IMG/VR virus record: IMGVR_UViG_3300030099_003199
Span: 1 to 64,000 of that record
From: a virus
Lineage: Duplodnaviria > Caudoviricetes
Length of the DNA: 64,000 bases
Reading direction: 5' to 3' (one strand)
The translations under genes and the position numbers were made by a program. Below, in pieces: positions 57,157-64,000 of this stretch. How positions within the stretch are numbered: the first letter of the stretch is position 1; every line of letters begins with the position of its first letter. The notes beneath the pieces are model-generated. The model was not told the origin of the DNA. It did not search any database and saw only the letters and a program-made list of their open reading frames with translations.

Positions 57157-58068
57157 TTGACAATTATGGGACACAAAAAAGCGGTTACAACAACCAAAAT
57201 TTATTTAGAAAATGCACCCTTACCATCACATGGTAAGACGTATACAGTGGTATCACATAAAGAAGTGATGGATCACACACAAAAACTATTAAAAGTTAAT
57301 GGTTTTAAAATTAATAATCAATTATTTAAAGCAAGTATGAATGCTAGAGTGGCTCAAGGGATATACAATATCTCTGGAGTTAACTCTGTATCAGACAATG
57401 AAATTAGCATGATGTTTGCTTGGACAAACTCATATGATAAAAGTACAAGATTTCAATGTGGAGTTGGGGCTTATGTAATGGTATGTAATAATGGAATGAT
57501 CCATGGTGATATGGCCAACTATGGTCGTAAACATACAGGAACTGCTAATGCAGACATTGCAGTATCAATTGCACAACAAATAAGTGTAGCTTCACAAAAT
57601 TTCAATCAACTTGTTCAAGATAAAAATGATATGAAAACGGTAAACTTATCTAATAAAAAACAAGCTGAATTCTTGGGTAGATTATTTGTTGAAGAAAAAC
57701 TTCTTGACTCACAACAAATGACATGTGTAAAAAATGAAATGGAAAAAGCATCATACAATTATGGAGTAAATTCTGATTGTGCTTGGTCATTTTATAATCA
57801 TGTTACACATGCATTAAAATTAACACATCCAAGAAACTGGATGAAGAATCAAGCTAAGTTTCATGAGTTTATGACAGCTGAGTGTTTAAGTAATACTAAA
57901 AATAATACTAAAGACACTTACACTAATTCTGAAGATGATATTCAAATGCCTGAAGAACATTTAATAGAACTACCTGATGGTAGAATTATTGATGAGTTAG
58001 ATGCTGCAAGACCAGAAAATCATGATACTGAGGATTATGATTCTTCAAATAATGTATTTACTTTATGA
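57157..58068 (+). CDS. DUF932-like protein
   Basis: 'TYTVVSH', 'NSYDKS', 'VCNNGMI', 'RKHTG', 'WSFYNHVTHALK'. The acidic tail ends 'NVFTL'. Confidence 0.7.
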   Translation: MTIMGHKKAVTTTKIYLENAPLPSHGKTYTVVSHKEVMDHTQKLLKVNGFKINNQLFKASMNARVAQGIYNISGVNSVSDNEISMMFAWTNSYDKSTRFQCGVGAYVMVCNNGMIHGDMANYGRKHTGTANADIAVSIAQQISVASQNFNQLVQDKNDMKTVNLSNKKQAEFLGRLFVEEKLLDSQQMTCVKNEMEKASYNYGVNSDCAWSFYNHVTHALKLTHPRNWMKNQAKFHEFMTAECLSNTKNNTKDTYTNSEDDIQMPEEHLIELPDGRIIDELDAARPENHDTEDYDSSNNVFTL

Positions 58069-58475
58069 GCAAACACAGTAAATACTATTGGGATACTGAG
58101 AGAAATAAACCTTTTGGGGAAATAACTCTCAGTTGTCCTCCTGGTTTAGAATTTAATACACCATATACATTAGAAGAAATAAAAGAAGCTATGAGCAATA
58201 AACCATCTAGAAAAGACTATCCTGTATATACAGGAGTTCTTAAATATTTTCCTGATGCTCTTATGGAGTTATCAAGAGTTTCCTTACAAGGTAATATACA
58301 ACATCATCCAGATAAACCTTTACATTGGGATAAAGATAAAAGTAAAGATCATTTAGATGCTCTTACTAGACATCTTATTGATGCAGATAAAACAGATGAT
58401 GATGGTATATTACATTTAGCTAAAGTTGCTTGGAGAGCACTTGCAGCTTTACAAACTAAATTAGAAAATCAATAG
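58065..58475 (+). CDS. dATP/dGTP diphosphohydrolase-domain protein (DUF5664-like)
   Basis: 'ALMELSRVSLQG..QH....HW......HLDALTRHL.....DDDGILHLAKVAWRALA'. Confidence 0.75.
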   Translation: MSKHSKYYWDTERNKPFGEITLSCPPGLEFNTPYTLEEIKEAMSNKPSRKDYPVYTGVLKYFPDALMELSRVSLQGNIQHHPDKPLHWDKDKSKDHLDALTRHLIDADKTDDDGILHLAKVAWRALAALQTKLENQ

Positions 58476-58641
58476 GAGAAGTGTTTATATGACCGGGATG
58501 TCTTCCGGTCTGAAGATAAGATGTCAATTTAATAATTGATCTAATAGGATCTTCTCCGGGAGTTTTTACTTGAAATAGTATTTTAATCCTTTCATTTCCT
58601 TCAATCTTACTCAAGACTGACTAATGGAAAGACATTGTGTT

Positions 58642-58715
58642 ACACCCATAGCTCAACTGGATAGAGCAACAGCCTTCTAAGCTGTAGGTTGAAGGTTCAA
58701 ATCCTTCTGGGTGTA
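58642..58715 (+). tRNA. tRNA-Arg (anticodon TCT); CCA not encoded
   Basis: Acceptor ACACCCA/TGGGTGT; D-arm GCTC-AACTGGATA-GAGC; anticodon arm ACAGC-CTTCTAA-GCTGT; T-arm GAAGG-TTCAAAT-CCTTC. Confidence 0.93.
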
Positions 58716-58737
58716 CTATTAATCAAAACTATTAATT

Positions 58738-58830
58738 ATGGATTTATTTTGGGCTATTATGATTTACTTTGCTGGTTTAGCCACCGGTGCCTATGCAGTT
58801 ACACAATTTGATGAAAAACTCAAAAAGTAG
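58738..58830 (+). CDS. 30-aa single-TM peptide
   Basis: Translated by hand: MDLFWAIMIYFAGLATGAYAVTQFDEKLKK. Confidence 0.5.
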   Translation: MDLFWAIMIYFAGLATGAYAVTQFDEKLKK

Positions 58831-58906
58831 TTATATAGGAGCATTTATAGGGTTTTGTGGTCTTTTGATCACAACCCTTTTACTTATTATACATAAATAT
58901 ATATAA
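58811..58906 (+). CDS. 31-aa single-TM peptide
   Basis: Translated by hand: MKNSKSSYIGAFIGFCGLLITTLLLIIHKYI. Confidence 0.45.
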   Translation: MKNSKSSYIGAFIGFCGLLITTLLLIIHKYI

Positions 58907-58976
58907 TTGAGCACCTTTGGTTTTGCCATATTAGTTGCTGTATATTGGATTATCTTTATAAAATTTAAAAAAAATA

Positions 58977-59186
58977 ATGAGATATAAAGGATACATATTA
59001 CAAGAAAAGATGTCTAAGACAAAAGTACCAATGCGTGTATTTAGAAAAAAGCTCTTAGAAGGTTATAAAGAAATAGATTTACCTTTTGATAAAGAGATTA
59101 TTACTAATGAGAGAACGGGAATACCGTTTTTAAAAACAAAAAAAAATGATAATGGAAATGAATTTGTATTCTGTTACTGGGAATAA
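58977..59186 (+). CDS. Hypothetical protein
   Basis: 69-aa ORF. Confidence 0.55.
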   Translation: MRYKGYILQEKMSKTKVPMRVFRKKLLEGYKEIDLPFDKEIITNERTGIPFLKTKKNDNGNEFVFCYWE

Positions 59187-59198
59187 CATTATAGTTAT

Positions 59199-60035
59199 AT
59201 GGCCATAAAGCGTCAAGTAACAAAAACATTAGTAACAAAAACAAATAATAACAGTAGTGATTGCATAGCTCCTAATATAATCTATGGATGTATGGGGGGT
59301 TGTGTAAACACTTACTGTTATATGTCTAGATTTAACGGACGTAGAGTATTTGTTAATACTAATGTTAATGACATATTTAATTCTGTTCTTGCTTGGGAGG
59401 CGGGCTATACTAAAGTCCCTAACCAGCAAGATCCAGTATATACAATGGTAGACATTGCATGCAACTCAGATTTAGTTCTGATGCAAAAGCATATGCCTGA
59501 ACCATTACATGATTACCTTAAACGCTTTGATGATCATCCACAACTTAATAGTACTATGGCTACTAAGTATCCGGGTCTTCTTAAACTTGACGTTAATCAT
59601 TTTAATAAACCACCTAGAGTAAGAGTAAGTCTTATGCCTCAAGCTTATTCAGATGTATTAGAACCTAAGATGCAAAAAATTGAATCTAGAATACAAGATA
59701 TTAATAGACTTAAGGATTTAGGATGGGAAGTACATTTAAATTTTTCTCCACTTATATTTATGCCAGGCTGGTCTAAACATTATGATAAGTTATTTAAACG
59801 TGTTAAAGAAGTAGCAGGTGAAAATAAATGTGAAGTTATTGCATTGACCAATCATGTTAATCAAATGATTAAAGCTAGTGATGAGGCTCGTGAGATTATG
59901 AAATATTCTGATGAAGTTAAAAATGGATCAGGAGTGATGCGCTATCCAATAGCAAAGAAGCATAAACTTTTAGAAATGTTTAAACAAATCTATGCAAACT
60001 ATTTTGACATAGGAACAATAAGATACATATTCTGA
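59199..60035 (+). CDS. Spore photoproduct lyase-family radical SAM protein
   Basis: 'GCMGGCVNTYCY' cluster motif; 'DIACNSD' (like the SplB Cys141 region ASCTSD); 'ATKY', 'RVRVSL', 'HLNFSPLI', 'MRYP'. Confidence 0.8.
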   Translation: MAIKRQVTKTLVTKTNNNSSDCIAPNIIYGCMGGCVNTYCYMSRFNGRRVFVNTNVNDIFNSVLAWEAGYTKVPNQQDPVYTMVDIACNSDLVLMQKHMPEPLHDYLKRFDDHPQLNSTMATKYPGLLKLDVNHFNKPPRVRVSLMPQAYSDVLEPKMQKIESRIQDINRLKDLGWEVHLNFSPLIFMPGWSKHYDKLFKRVKEVAGENKCEVIALTNHVNQMIKASDEAREIMKYSDEVKNGSGVMRYPIAKKHKLLEMFKQIYANYFDIGTIRYIF

Positions 60036-60232
60036 TGTATAAAGAAGATATTAAATTACTTATTAAAAAAGGGTATTGGGTAAGTTGTTATCCTGTCAAA
60101 AAAAAATGGGAGATGGTAATATATGAACGCAAGTCAGCCGGATGGGTAAAAAGAAAAAGAAAACTATTTACCTACCCGGCTGCTGCATATAATTGGGCAA
60201 TCAATTACTTAGAACCTTTAGTAGATCCTTAA
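60035..60232 (+). CDS. Hypothetical protein
   Basis: 65-aa ORF with a TGATG overlap; last plus-strand gene. Confidence 0.55.
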   Translation: MYKEDIKLLIKKGYWVSCYPVKKKWEMVIYERKSAGWVKRKRKLFTYPAAAYNWAINYLEPLVDP

Positions 60233-60648
60233 GCTGATTTAGTCCAGAATGCGTACTCCATAACTGCAGTAGTAGCAGAACCTTTAAATTGCATATGAGC
60301 TGCAGCTTCAAGAGGAATCATTGCAAATTCACCTTTAGCTAATTTAGCTAGAGGAGATTGTGTTACTGTAGCTGAAGAACCTTCTCCACTACATGTAGCA
60401 GTTGCTACAACTTGTGCATGTACTGTTTCGGTTCCAGAAGATGTATTCATGATATATAAATATGTATCATTAGTATTTTTAGTACCATTTAAATCATCTA
60501 AAGTTGTTGCAAATGATGTTGTTAATGCTGTTGTACCAACTTGAACAGCTGGACTTGTTACATTTAAAACTTTTTCTTTAATAATGTTTAAAACGTCACT
60601 GGTTGTACCAGTGCCCGTTAGTGTTAATCTACTTGTAATTGTTGCCAT
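60229..60648 (-). CDS. Putative small virion (decoration-type) protein
   Basis: 139-aa Thr/Ala-rich beta protein ('YLYIMN', 'LAKGEFAMIPL'). Confidence 0.5.
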   Translation of the reverse strand: MATITSRLTLTGTGTTSDVLNIIKEKVLNVTSPAVQVGTTALTTSFATTLDDLNGTKNTNDTYLYIMNTSSGTETVHAQVVATATCSGEGSSATVTQSPLAKLAKGEFAMIPLEAAAHMQFKGSATTAVMEYAFWTKSA

Positions 60649-60668
60649 TTTATTTTATTTTTAAATTG

Positions 60669-60941
60669 TTACCTTTTTTTCCTTGTTTTAGGATAGTTTC
60701 TTTTACTACCTTTTACTCTGCTCTTTTCTTTTTTACCTCGGTTTTTAGAAGCTGACATTGCTACAGTCTTCTTAGACCTTGGTCCATTTGGATGATGAAG
60801 ATCTTTTCCATCACCTTTACGTACTTTACCTACTTTAAGTCCTTCTCTACGTGCTTTATTTCTAGCCGCTCTATCTTTTTTAGATTTAGTAGAAGACTGA
60901 AACTTCTTATATTCTTTTTTATAGTTTCTTTTAGCAGGCAT
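60669..60941 (-). CDS. Basic protein with a degenerate HNH-like motif
   Basis: 'RNYKKEY...RAARNKARR...GDGKDLHH......SASKNR'. Confidence 0.6.
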   Translation of the reverse strand: MPAKRNYKKEYKKFQSSTKSKKDRAARNKARREGLKVGKVRKGDGKDLHHPNGPRSKKTVAMSASKNRGKKEKSRVKGSKRNYPKTRKKR

Positions 60942-60957
60942 AATATATTATAATATA

Positions 60958-61119
60958 CTAAAATTCAAGCTCAAATCCTAGATTAAAAATCATAAACCTA
61001 AGTCTAGCTGCATTTATTGTAAGTTCTAATGCAGTAAAAGTTCCAATTCTAATCTCTACTTTATAAATCTCACTTTTATTATTAGATTTATAACTATTTA
61101 TCCAATTTATTTTTTTCAT
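60958..61119 (-). CDS. 53-aa hypothetical protein
   Basis: Translated by hand: MKKINWINSYKSNNKSEIYKVEIRIGTFTALELTINAARLRFMIFNLGFELEF. It fills the gap exactly. Confidence 0.55.
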   Translation of the reverse strand: MKKINWINSYKSNNKSEIYKVEIRIGTFTALELTINAARLRFMIFNLGFELEF

Positions 61120-61120
61120 T

Positions 61121-61492
61121 CTATTTTCTTTTTCCTCCGTGGTATGCTACTGCATGACCTTCAGAGATTAATAAATCATTTACACAGATCATGGTGAGTT
61201 TATCAGATCCATCTACTCTATCAATTGATAGTTTACCTAGACATCTTCCAAACTTACCTACACCTTGTGAATCTAAAAGTATTTTATCACATCCTTCTAA
61301 TAGAGTTTTAAGTCTATCCTTAGCTGCAAGACCTTTTTTCTTTTCTTCAAGGTCTCTTGTTCTTGACTCAGGAGTATTAATACCAGCAAGTCTTATACGT
61401 TTTTTAACTTTTACACTAAAACCTAAATCAATATAAGCATCAATAGTATCTCCATCAATAACTCTAATTAAGTCAATCTGATAAGAATACAT
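61121..61492 (-). CDS. Staphylococcal nuclease (thermonuclease)-like protein
   Basis: 'RVIDGDTI', 'RIRLAGINTPE', 'GKFGRCLG', 'VNDLLISEGHA'. Confidence 0.9.
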   Translation of the reverse strand: MYSYQIDLIRVIDGDTIDAYIDLGFSVKVKKRIRLAGINTPESRTRDLEEKKKGLAAKDRLKTLLEGCDKILLDSQGVGKFGRCLGKLSIDRVDGSDKLTMICVNDLLISEGHAVAYHGGKRK

Positions 61493-61497
61493 TTTTA

Positions 61498-61566
61498 TTA
61501 GCTGTTGTGAGAACCATCACAGTTCCCATTTTCATCTTTTGTTTTACCACATACACATTGTGCCAT
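61498..61566 (-). CDS. 22-aa CDGSH-type iron-sulfur micro-protein
   Basis: Translated by hand: MAQCVCGKTKDENGNCDGSHNS. TAATG coupling to the holin stop. Confidence 0.6.
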   Translation of the reverse strand: MAQCVCGKTKDENGNCDGSHNS

Positions 61567-61958
61567 TATTTCTTTGTTTTTTCTAATGATCGTCCACCAA
61601 AATAGGCACCAATCACAGTGATTAATACTAATTGTAATAGATCAGTCCATTTAGCTTCAACAACAAAGTTAATAACACCTGCATCAATAAATATTAATAG
61701 CACTGTGCTTACAACCAAGAATGCTAAAGTTAATGGTCTAATATTTTTAGATAGCCATGAGTCAGACTTCATATCTGCTTGCCATCTGGAAGTTATTTCT
61801 TTTTCCATTTGGACCTCATAAGTAGCTACAAGTTCTTTCATTTTTTGTTTAGCAGCTAGCTTTTCTTCATCTGAAGTGTGTAGTCCATCAATGACACCAC
61901 CAACACTTTCAACAAGATCTTTAGCTCCTCCACTAAATATAGTTCCTAGTATGCTCAT
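61566..61958 (-). CDS. Holin (3TM/GTA-type)
   Basis: 'SDEEKL', 'RWQADMKSDSWLSKNIRPL', two TM helices, 'AYFGGRSLEK'. Start taken at MSILG (61958). Confidence 0.75.
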   Translation of the reverse strand: MSILGTIFSGGAKDLVESVGGVIDGLHTSDEEKLAAKQKMKELVATYEVQMEKEITSRWQADMKSDSWLSKNIRPLTLAFLVVSTVLLIFIDAGVINFVVEAKWTDLLQLVLITVIGAYFGGRSLEKTKK

Positions 61959-61959
61959 C

Positions 61960-62136
61960 TTATCTTTCTCCACCACATCCGCAGCCTTTTGATGTTTTTC
62001 TTGGCTTTGGTGCTCTAGTTGTTAATTTAGTCAATAAACTTCTTTGACCTCCATTTTTACCTACAGGTAATGCTTTGTTAGATTTACTATAACTACCACC
62101 ACTCCCGTATGTTTTCATTTTATATGTTCCTGGCAT
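61960..62136 (-). CDS. 58-aa basic Gly-rich peptide
   Basis: Translated by hand: MPGTYKMKTYGSGGSYSKSNKALPVGKNGGQRSLLTKLTTRAPKPRKTSKGCGCGGER. Confidence 0.55.
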   Translation of the reverse strand: MPGTYKMKTYGSGGSYSKSNKALPVGKNGGQRSLLTKLTTRAPKPRKTSKGCGCGGER

Positions 62137-62140
62137 AATA

Positions 62141-62233
62141 TTATTTTTTTAAGCAGCAGTCTGGTCCACACCAGCCTAAGCATACTTTATTAAACGTTAT
62201 CTTACATAATAAAATACAAATAAATTTCTTCAT
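62141..62233 (-). CDS. 30-aa six-cysteine peptide
   Basis: Translated by hand: MKKFICILLCKITFNKVCLGWCGPDCCLKK. It sits 4 nt from both neighbours. Confidence 0.5.
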   Translation of the reverse strand: MKKFICILLCKITFNKVCLGWCGPDCCLKK

Positions 62234-62237
62234 AACC

Positions 62238-62471
62238 TTAAGATTTTTTAATTTTTTCAAATGCACTAATACCAAAACACCCTAATGTTACCATAACAAA
62301 GGAGTTATATATAGTGTCGTTAATTTCTAATTCTCCTCCTCCTACGTATCCCATATACATAACTGCAGTACCTAAATCTATAATAGCAAACAGTACCATA
62401 ACAGCAAAAGATATAAATCCAACTACATTTTTTTCATTTATATCATTTTTATCTTTAAACAATTTCCACAT
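62238..62471 (-). CDS. Two-TM membrane protein (holin/antiholin-like)
   Basis: From MWKLFKDKNDINEK: two hydrophobic helices and 'GCFGISAFEK'. The track ORF 62238..62537 has an implausible upstream extension. Confidence 0.55.
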   Translation of the reverse strand: MWKLFKDKNDINEKNVVGFISFAVMVLFAIIDLGTAVMYMGYVGGGELEINDTIYNSFVMVTLGCFGISAFEKIKKS

Positions 62472-62473
62472 AA

Positions 62474-62908
62474 TTATCTTCTTTGTATTACATCTAAATA
62501 TCCATCTTCTTTTTCTCCAGTAACTGTATCTATCCATACAGCAACTATAGGTTCATTAGTGGGATCTCCACATTCAAATGTCATATAATCCATATAAACA
62601 TCCTTTAAAGAAAGCGTTGCACCTAAAGGAATCTCTGTATTATATTGTAACATCAATGCTATATCAGGAGGATTTAATTCAGTTGTTAAAACTCCTCCAG
62701 AAAAAGATGCTCTATTAAATACAGCTACATGTATAGTACAAGGGCCTGCTCCTATGTTTGTAAATGTTACTTCTTTAAATTTAGCAGTGTCAGCATTATT
62801 AGGAGACACAGGAGTAACTGATGAGCCACATTTATCAATGGCTGTCCATTCACGAACTTTTAATACTCTTGTTCCTAATGCATGTACGGGATTTACTGTT
62901 ACTGCCAT
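62474..62908 (-). CDS. Putative virion beta-sandwich protein
   Basis: 144 aa with 'TFTN' and 'EIPLGATLSL'. Confidence 0.45.
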   Translation of the reverse strand: MAVTVNPVHALGTRVLKVREWTAIDKCGSSVTPVSPNNADTAKFKEVTFTNIGAGPCTIHVAVFNRASFSGGVLTTELNPPDIALMLQYNTEIPLGATLSLKDVYMDYMTFECGDPTNEPIVAVWIDTVTGEKEDGYLDVIQRR

Positions 62909-62920
62909 AATTTATTATTT

Positions 62921-63601
62921 TTATGTTGTTGTTGCTGCAAAATCACTACTCATGTCCATGATCTTATATGTAATCCTAAAATAATAATCATCGTCTGGAG
63001 TTTGATTATAAGTTACTAATTGACCATATGTATTTGCATTTTGAGGTCTAAGTAATAATGGAACATTAGGATATGCTCTTGTTTGAGTTACTGGGGCATC
63101 TCTTACTATAATAGTATCAACTGCAGTACTTGTATTAAATACATTATTAATTGTATGATTTAACATTTTCTTTTGAAGAGTTCCATAAGTGTTCCATTCA
63201 AAATTTGCTTGTGAAGAAGGAGTTTTAATTGCAAGTAATAAATTACCACCCCAACCTCTAACTTGACCTCCACTCATTGGTGACCAAGTTCCTCTATCAA
63301 TAAATACTTCAAGCTCTCTTACTACAATAACTTTATTAGCTCCAGGTGCAGGAATTAAAGTAATAAAAGTAGCTTCTGCAGTTGTCATAGCTTTAGCTTG
63401 AGCTCCTGTTACTTTTTTTACAATAACTTTTGAATCTTGAATTAATGTTCCATCTTCAGAAAAACCAGCTGTTGTTCTAGTAGAAGTAGTATTTGGAAAA
63501 CTTGCAGCATTTTTTAGAGTTAACTTTAAATCTTTTTCTGCAAAAATAGTATTTCTAAAACGGGCAATTATATCTACAATATGTTCACCTATCCAGTTCA
63601 T
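62921..63601 (-). CDS. Putative virion structural protein
   Basis: 226 aa with 'TLIPAPGANKVIVV'; beta-rich. Confidence 0.45.
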   Translation of the reverse strand: MNWIGEHIVDIIARFRNTIFAEKDLKLTLKNAASFPNTTSTRTTAGFSEDGTLIQDSKVIVKKVTGAQAKAMTTAEATFITLIPAPGANKVIVVRELEVFIDRGTWSPMSGGQVRGWGGNLLLAIKTPSSQANFEWNTYGTLQKKMLNHTINNVFNTSTAVDTIIVRDAPVTQTRAYPNVPLLLRPQNANTYGQLVTYNQTPDDDYYFRITYKIMDMSSDFAATTT

Positions 63602-63783
63602 TTCTTTTTACGTTTTTTAGCAATTTTCTTAAGTGTTTTAGCAAATCTGCATCTATAACCAGCCTTTTTGCTAGGCGGGTTCTTACAGTATTGTGCTATA
63701 GTCATACCTTTACGCTTAGCAGCAGCAGTTAGTGAGCCAGGCTTTTTTATAGCTTTTTTTATGTCTAATCTTTTCTTTGCCAT
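63598..63783 (-). CDS. Small highly basic protein
   Basis: 'MAKKRLDIKKAIKKPGSLTAAAKRKG...RFAKTLKK'. TAATG coupling to the upstream gene. Confidence 0.6.
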   Translation of the reverse strand: MAKKRLDIKKAIKKPGSLTAAAKRKGMTIAQYCKNPPSKKAGYRCRFAKTLKKIAKKRKKK

Positions 63784-64000
63784 TAGCACTTCCAGCGTCT
63801 TCTTGCTTTACAAATTCTTTTATCTGGAGTTTTACTACAGTTAACGTTATGCATTCTCATCTGACCAGCTGATCTAGCGCAGTATGATTTTTTACGTTTA
63901 CCTCCTCCAGGTTGTGGAGCTTTAAGTTTAGAGCCAGTTTTTCTATTAATCATTCTACGGCCCTTAGCAGTAAGGCCACCTTTTTTACTCTTACAACCAT
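63783..64000 (-). CDS. Basic DUF6321-like phage protein (3' part; starts beyond the right edge)
   Basis: Translated by hand: ...KSKKGGLTAKGRRMINRKTGSKLKAPQPGGGKRKKSYCARSAGQ...ARRRWKC. Confidence 0.6.
   Translation of the reverse strand, partial: GCKSKKGGLTAKGRRMINRKTGSKLKAPQPGGGKRKKSYCARSAGQMRMHNVNCSKTPDKRICKARRRWKC

Noticed and set aside
58491-58580. Hammerhead ribozyme (CTGAAGA after a hairpin)
   Set aside because: No properly placed GAAA after stem II and no NUH cleavage triplet before stem I. Kept only as a generic structured element.
58642-58715. Amber suppressor tRNA (CTA visible in the anticodon loop)
   Set aside because: The 7-nt loop is CT-TCT-AA, so the anticodon is TCT (Arg). 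CTA is off-register.
62207-62220. Additional late-promoter copy (TTTGTATTTTAT)
   Set aside because: It has a mismatch and lies inside the 30-aa Cys-rich ORF, so it was not counted.
35000-62984. Track ORFs 35000-35233, 35956-36255, 41524-41805, 45983-46252, 49998-50264, 55046-55327, 61191-61436, 62754-62984 and similar
   Set aside because: They are antisense shadows or, for 35000-35233, a TTG-start frame over structured and low-complexity DNA.
1-64000. Stop-codon reassignment as seen in some crAss-like phages
   Set aside because: Genes are full length and tightly packed in the standard code. TAG and TGA both terminate genes at sensible junctions (e.g. 45656, 54892, 22470, 43468).
1-64000. 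CRISPR array, DGR/reverse transcriptase, integrase, introns or inteins
   Set aside because: By eye I found no regularly spaced nucleotide repeats and no RT, integrase or intein motifs. TerL, PolB, DnaB and MCP are uninterrupted.

Overview
This AT-rich window is a contiguous part of a crAss-like (Crassvirales-related) podophage genome, probably infecting an aquatic Bacteroidota host. The host inference rests on TAnnTTTG promoters, A-rich translation starts without Shine-Dalgarno motifs and an SprB-type repeat. All product calls are from motif recognition and synteny; no searches were run. Positions 1-34.3 kb (minus strand) form the virion/packaging block: tail stabilisation and ring proteins, a Cys-rich 1802-aa adhesin-like protein, major capsid, scaffold-like protein, portal, TerL, GroES, nucleases, two HU/IHF-like proteins, a YkuD-like wall enzyme, PhoH and a 1646-aa lysozyme-containing cargo protein. 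Positions 34.5-60.2 kb (plus strand) form the early/replication block: HNH nuclease, SF2 helicase, DnaA-domain-IV protein, DnaB, AAA_24 ATPase, SSB, primase, resolvase, metallopeptidase-vWA plus MoxR AAA+, exonuclease, PolB, dNTP diphosphohydrolase, tRNA-Arg(TCT) and a spore photoproduct lyase-like enzyme. Positions 60.2-64 kb (minus strand) are late small genes: nuclease, holin, and basic and Cys-rich micro-proteins. The most notable observations are: a five-gene MoxR/vWA-peptidase module with two BRCT-like paralogues sharing a helical motif with a third gene; an unannotated 22-aa CDGSH Fe-S peptide; a phage SPL-like radical SAM enzyme; several structured intergenic RNA candidates; and a repeated late-promoter-like motif, TTTGTATATTAT.
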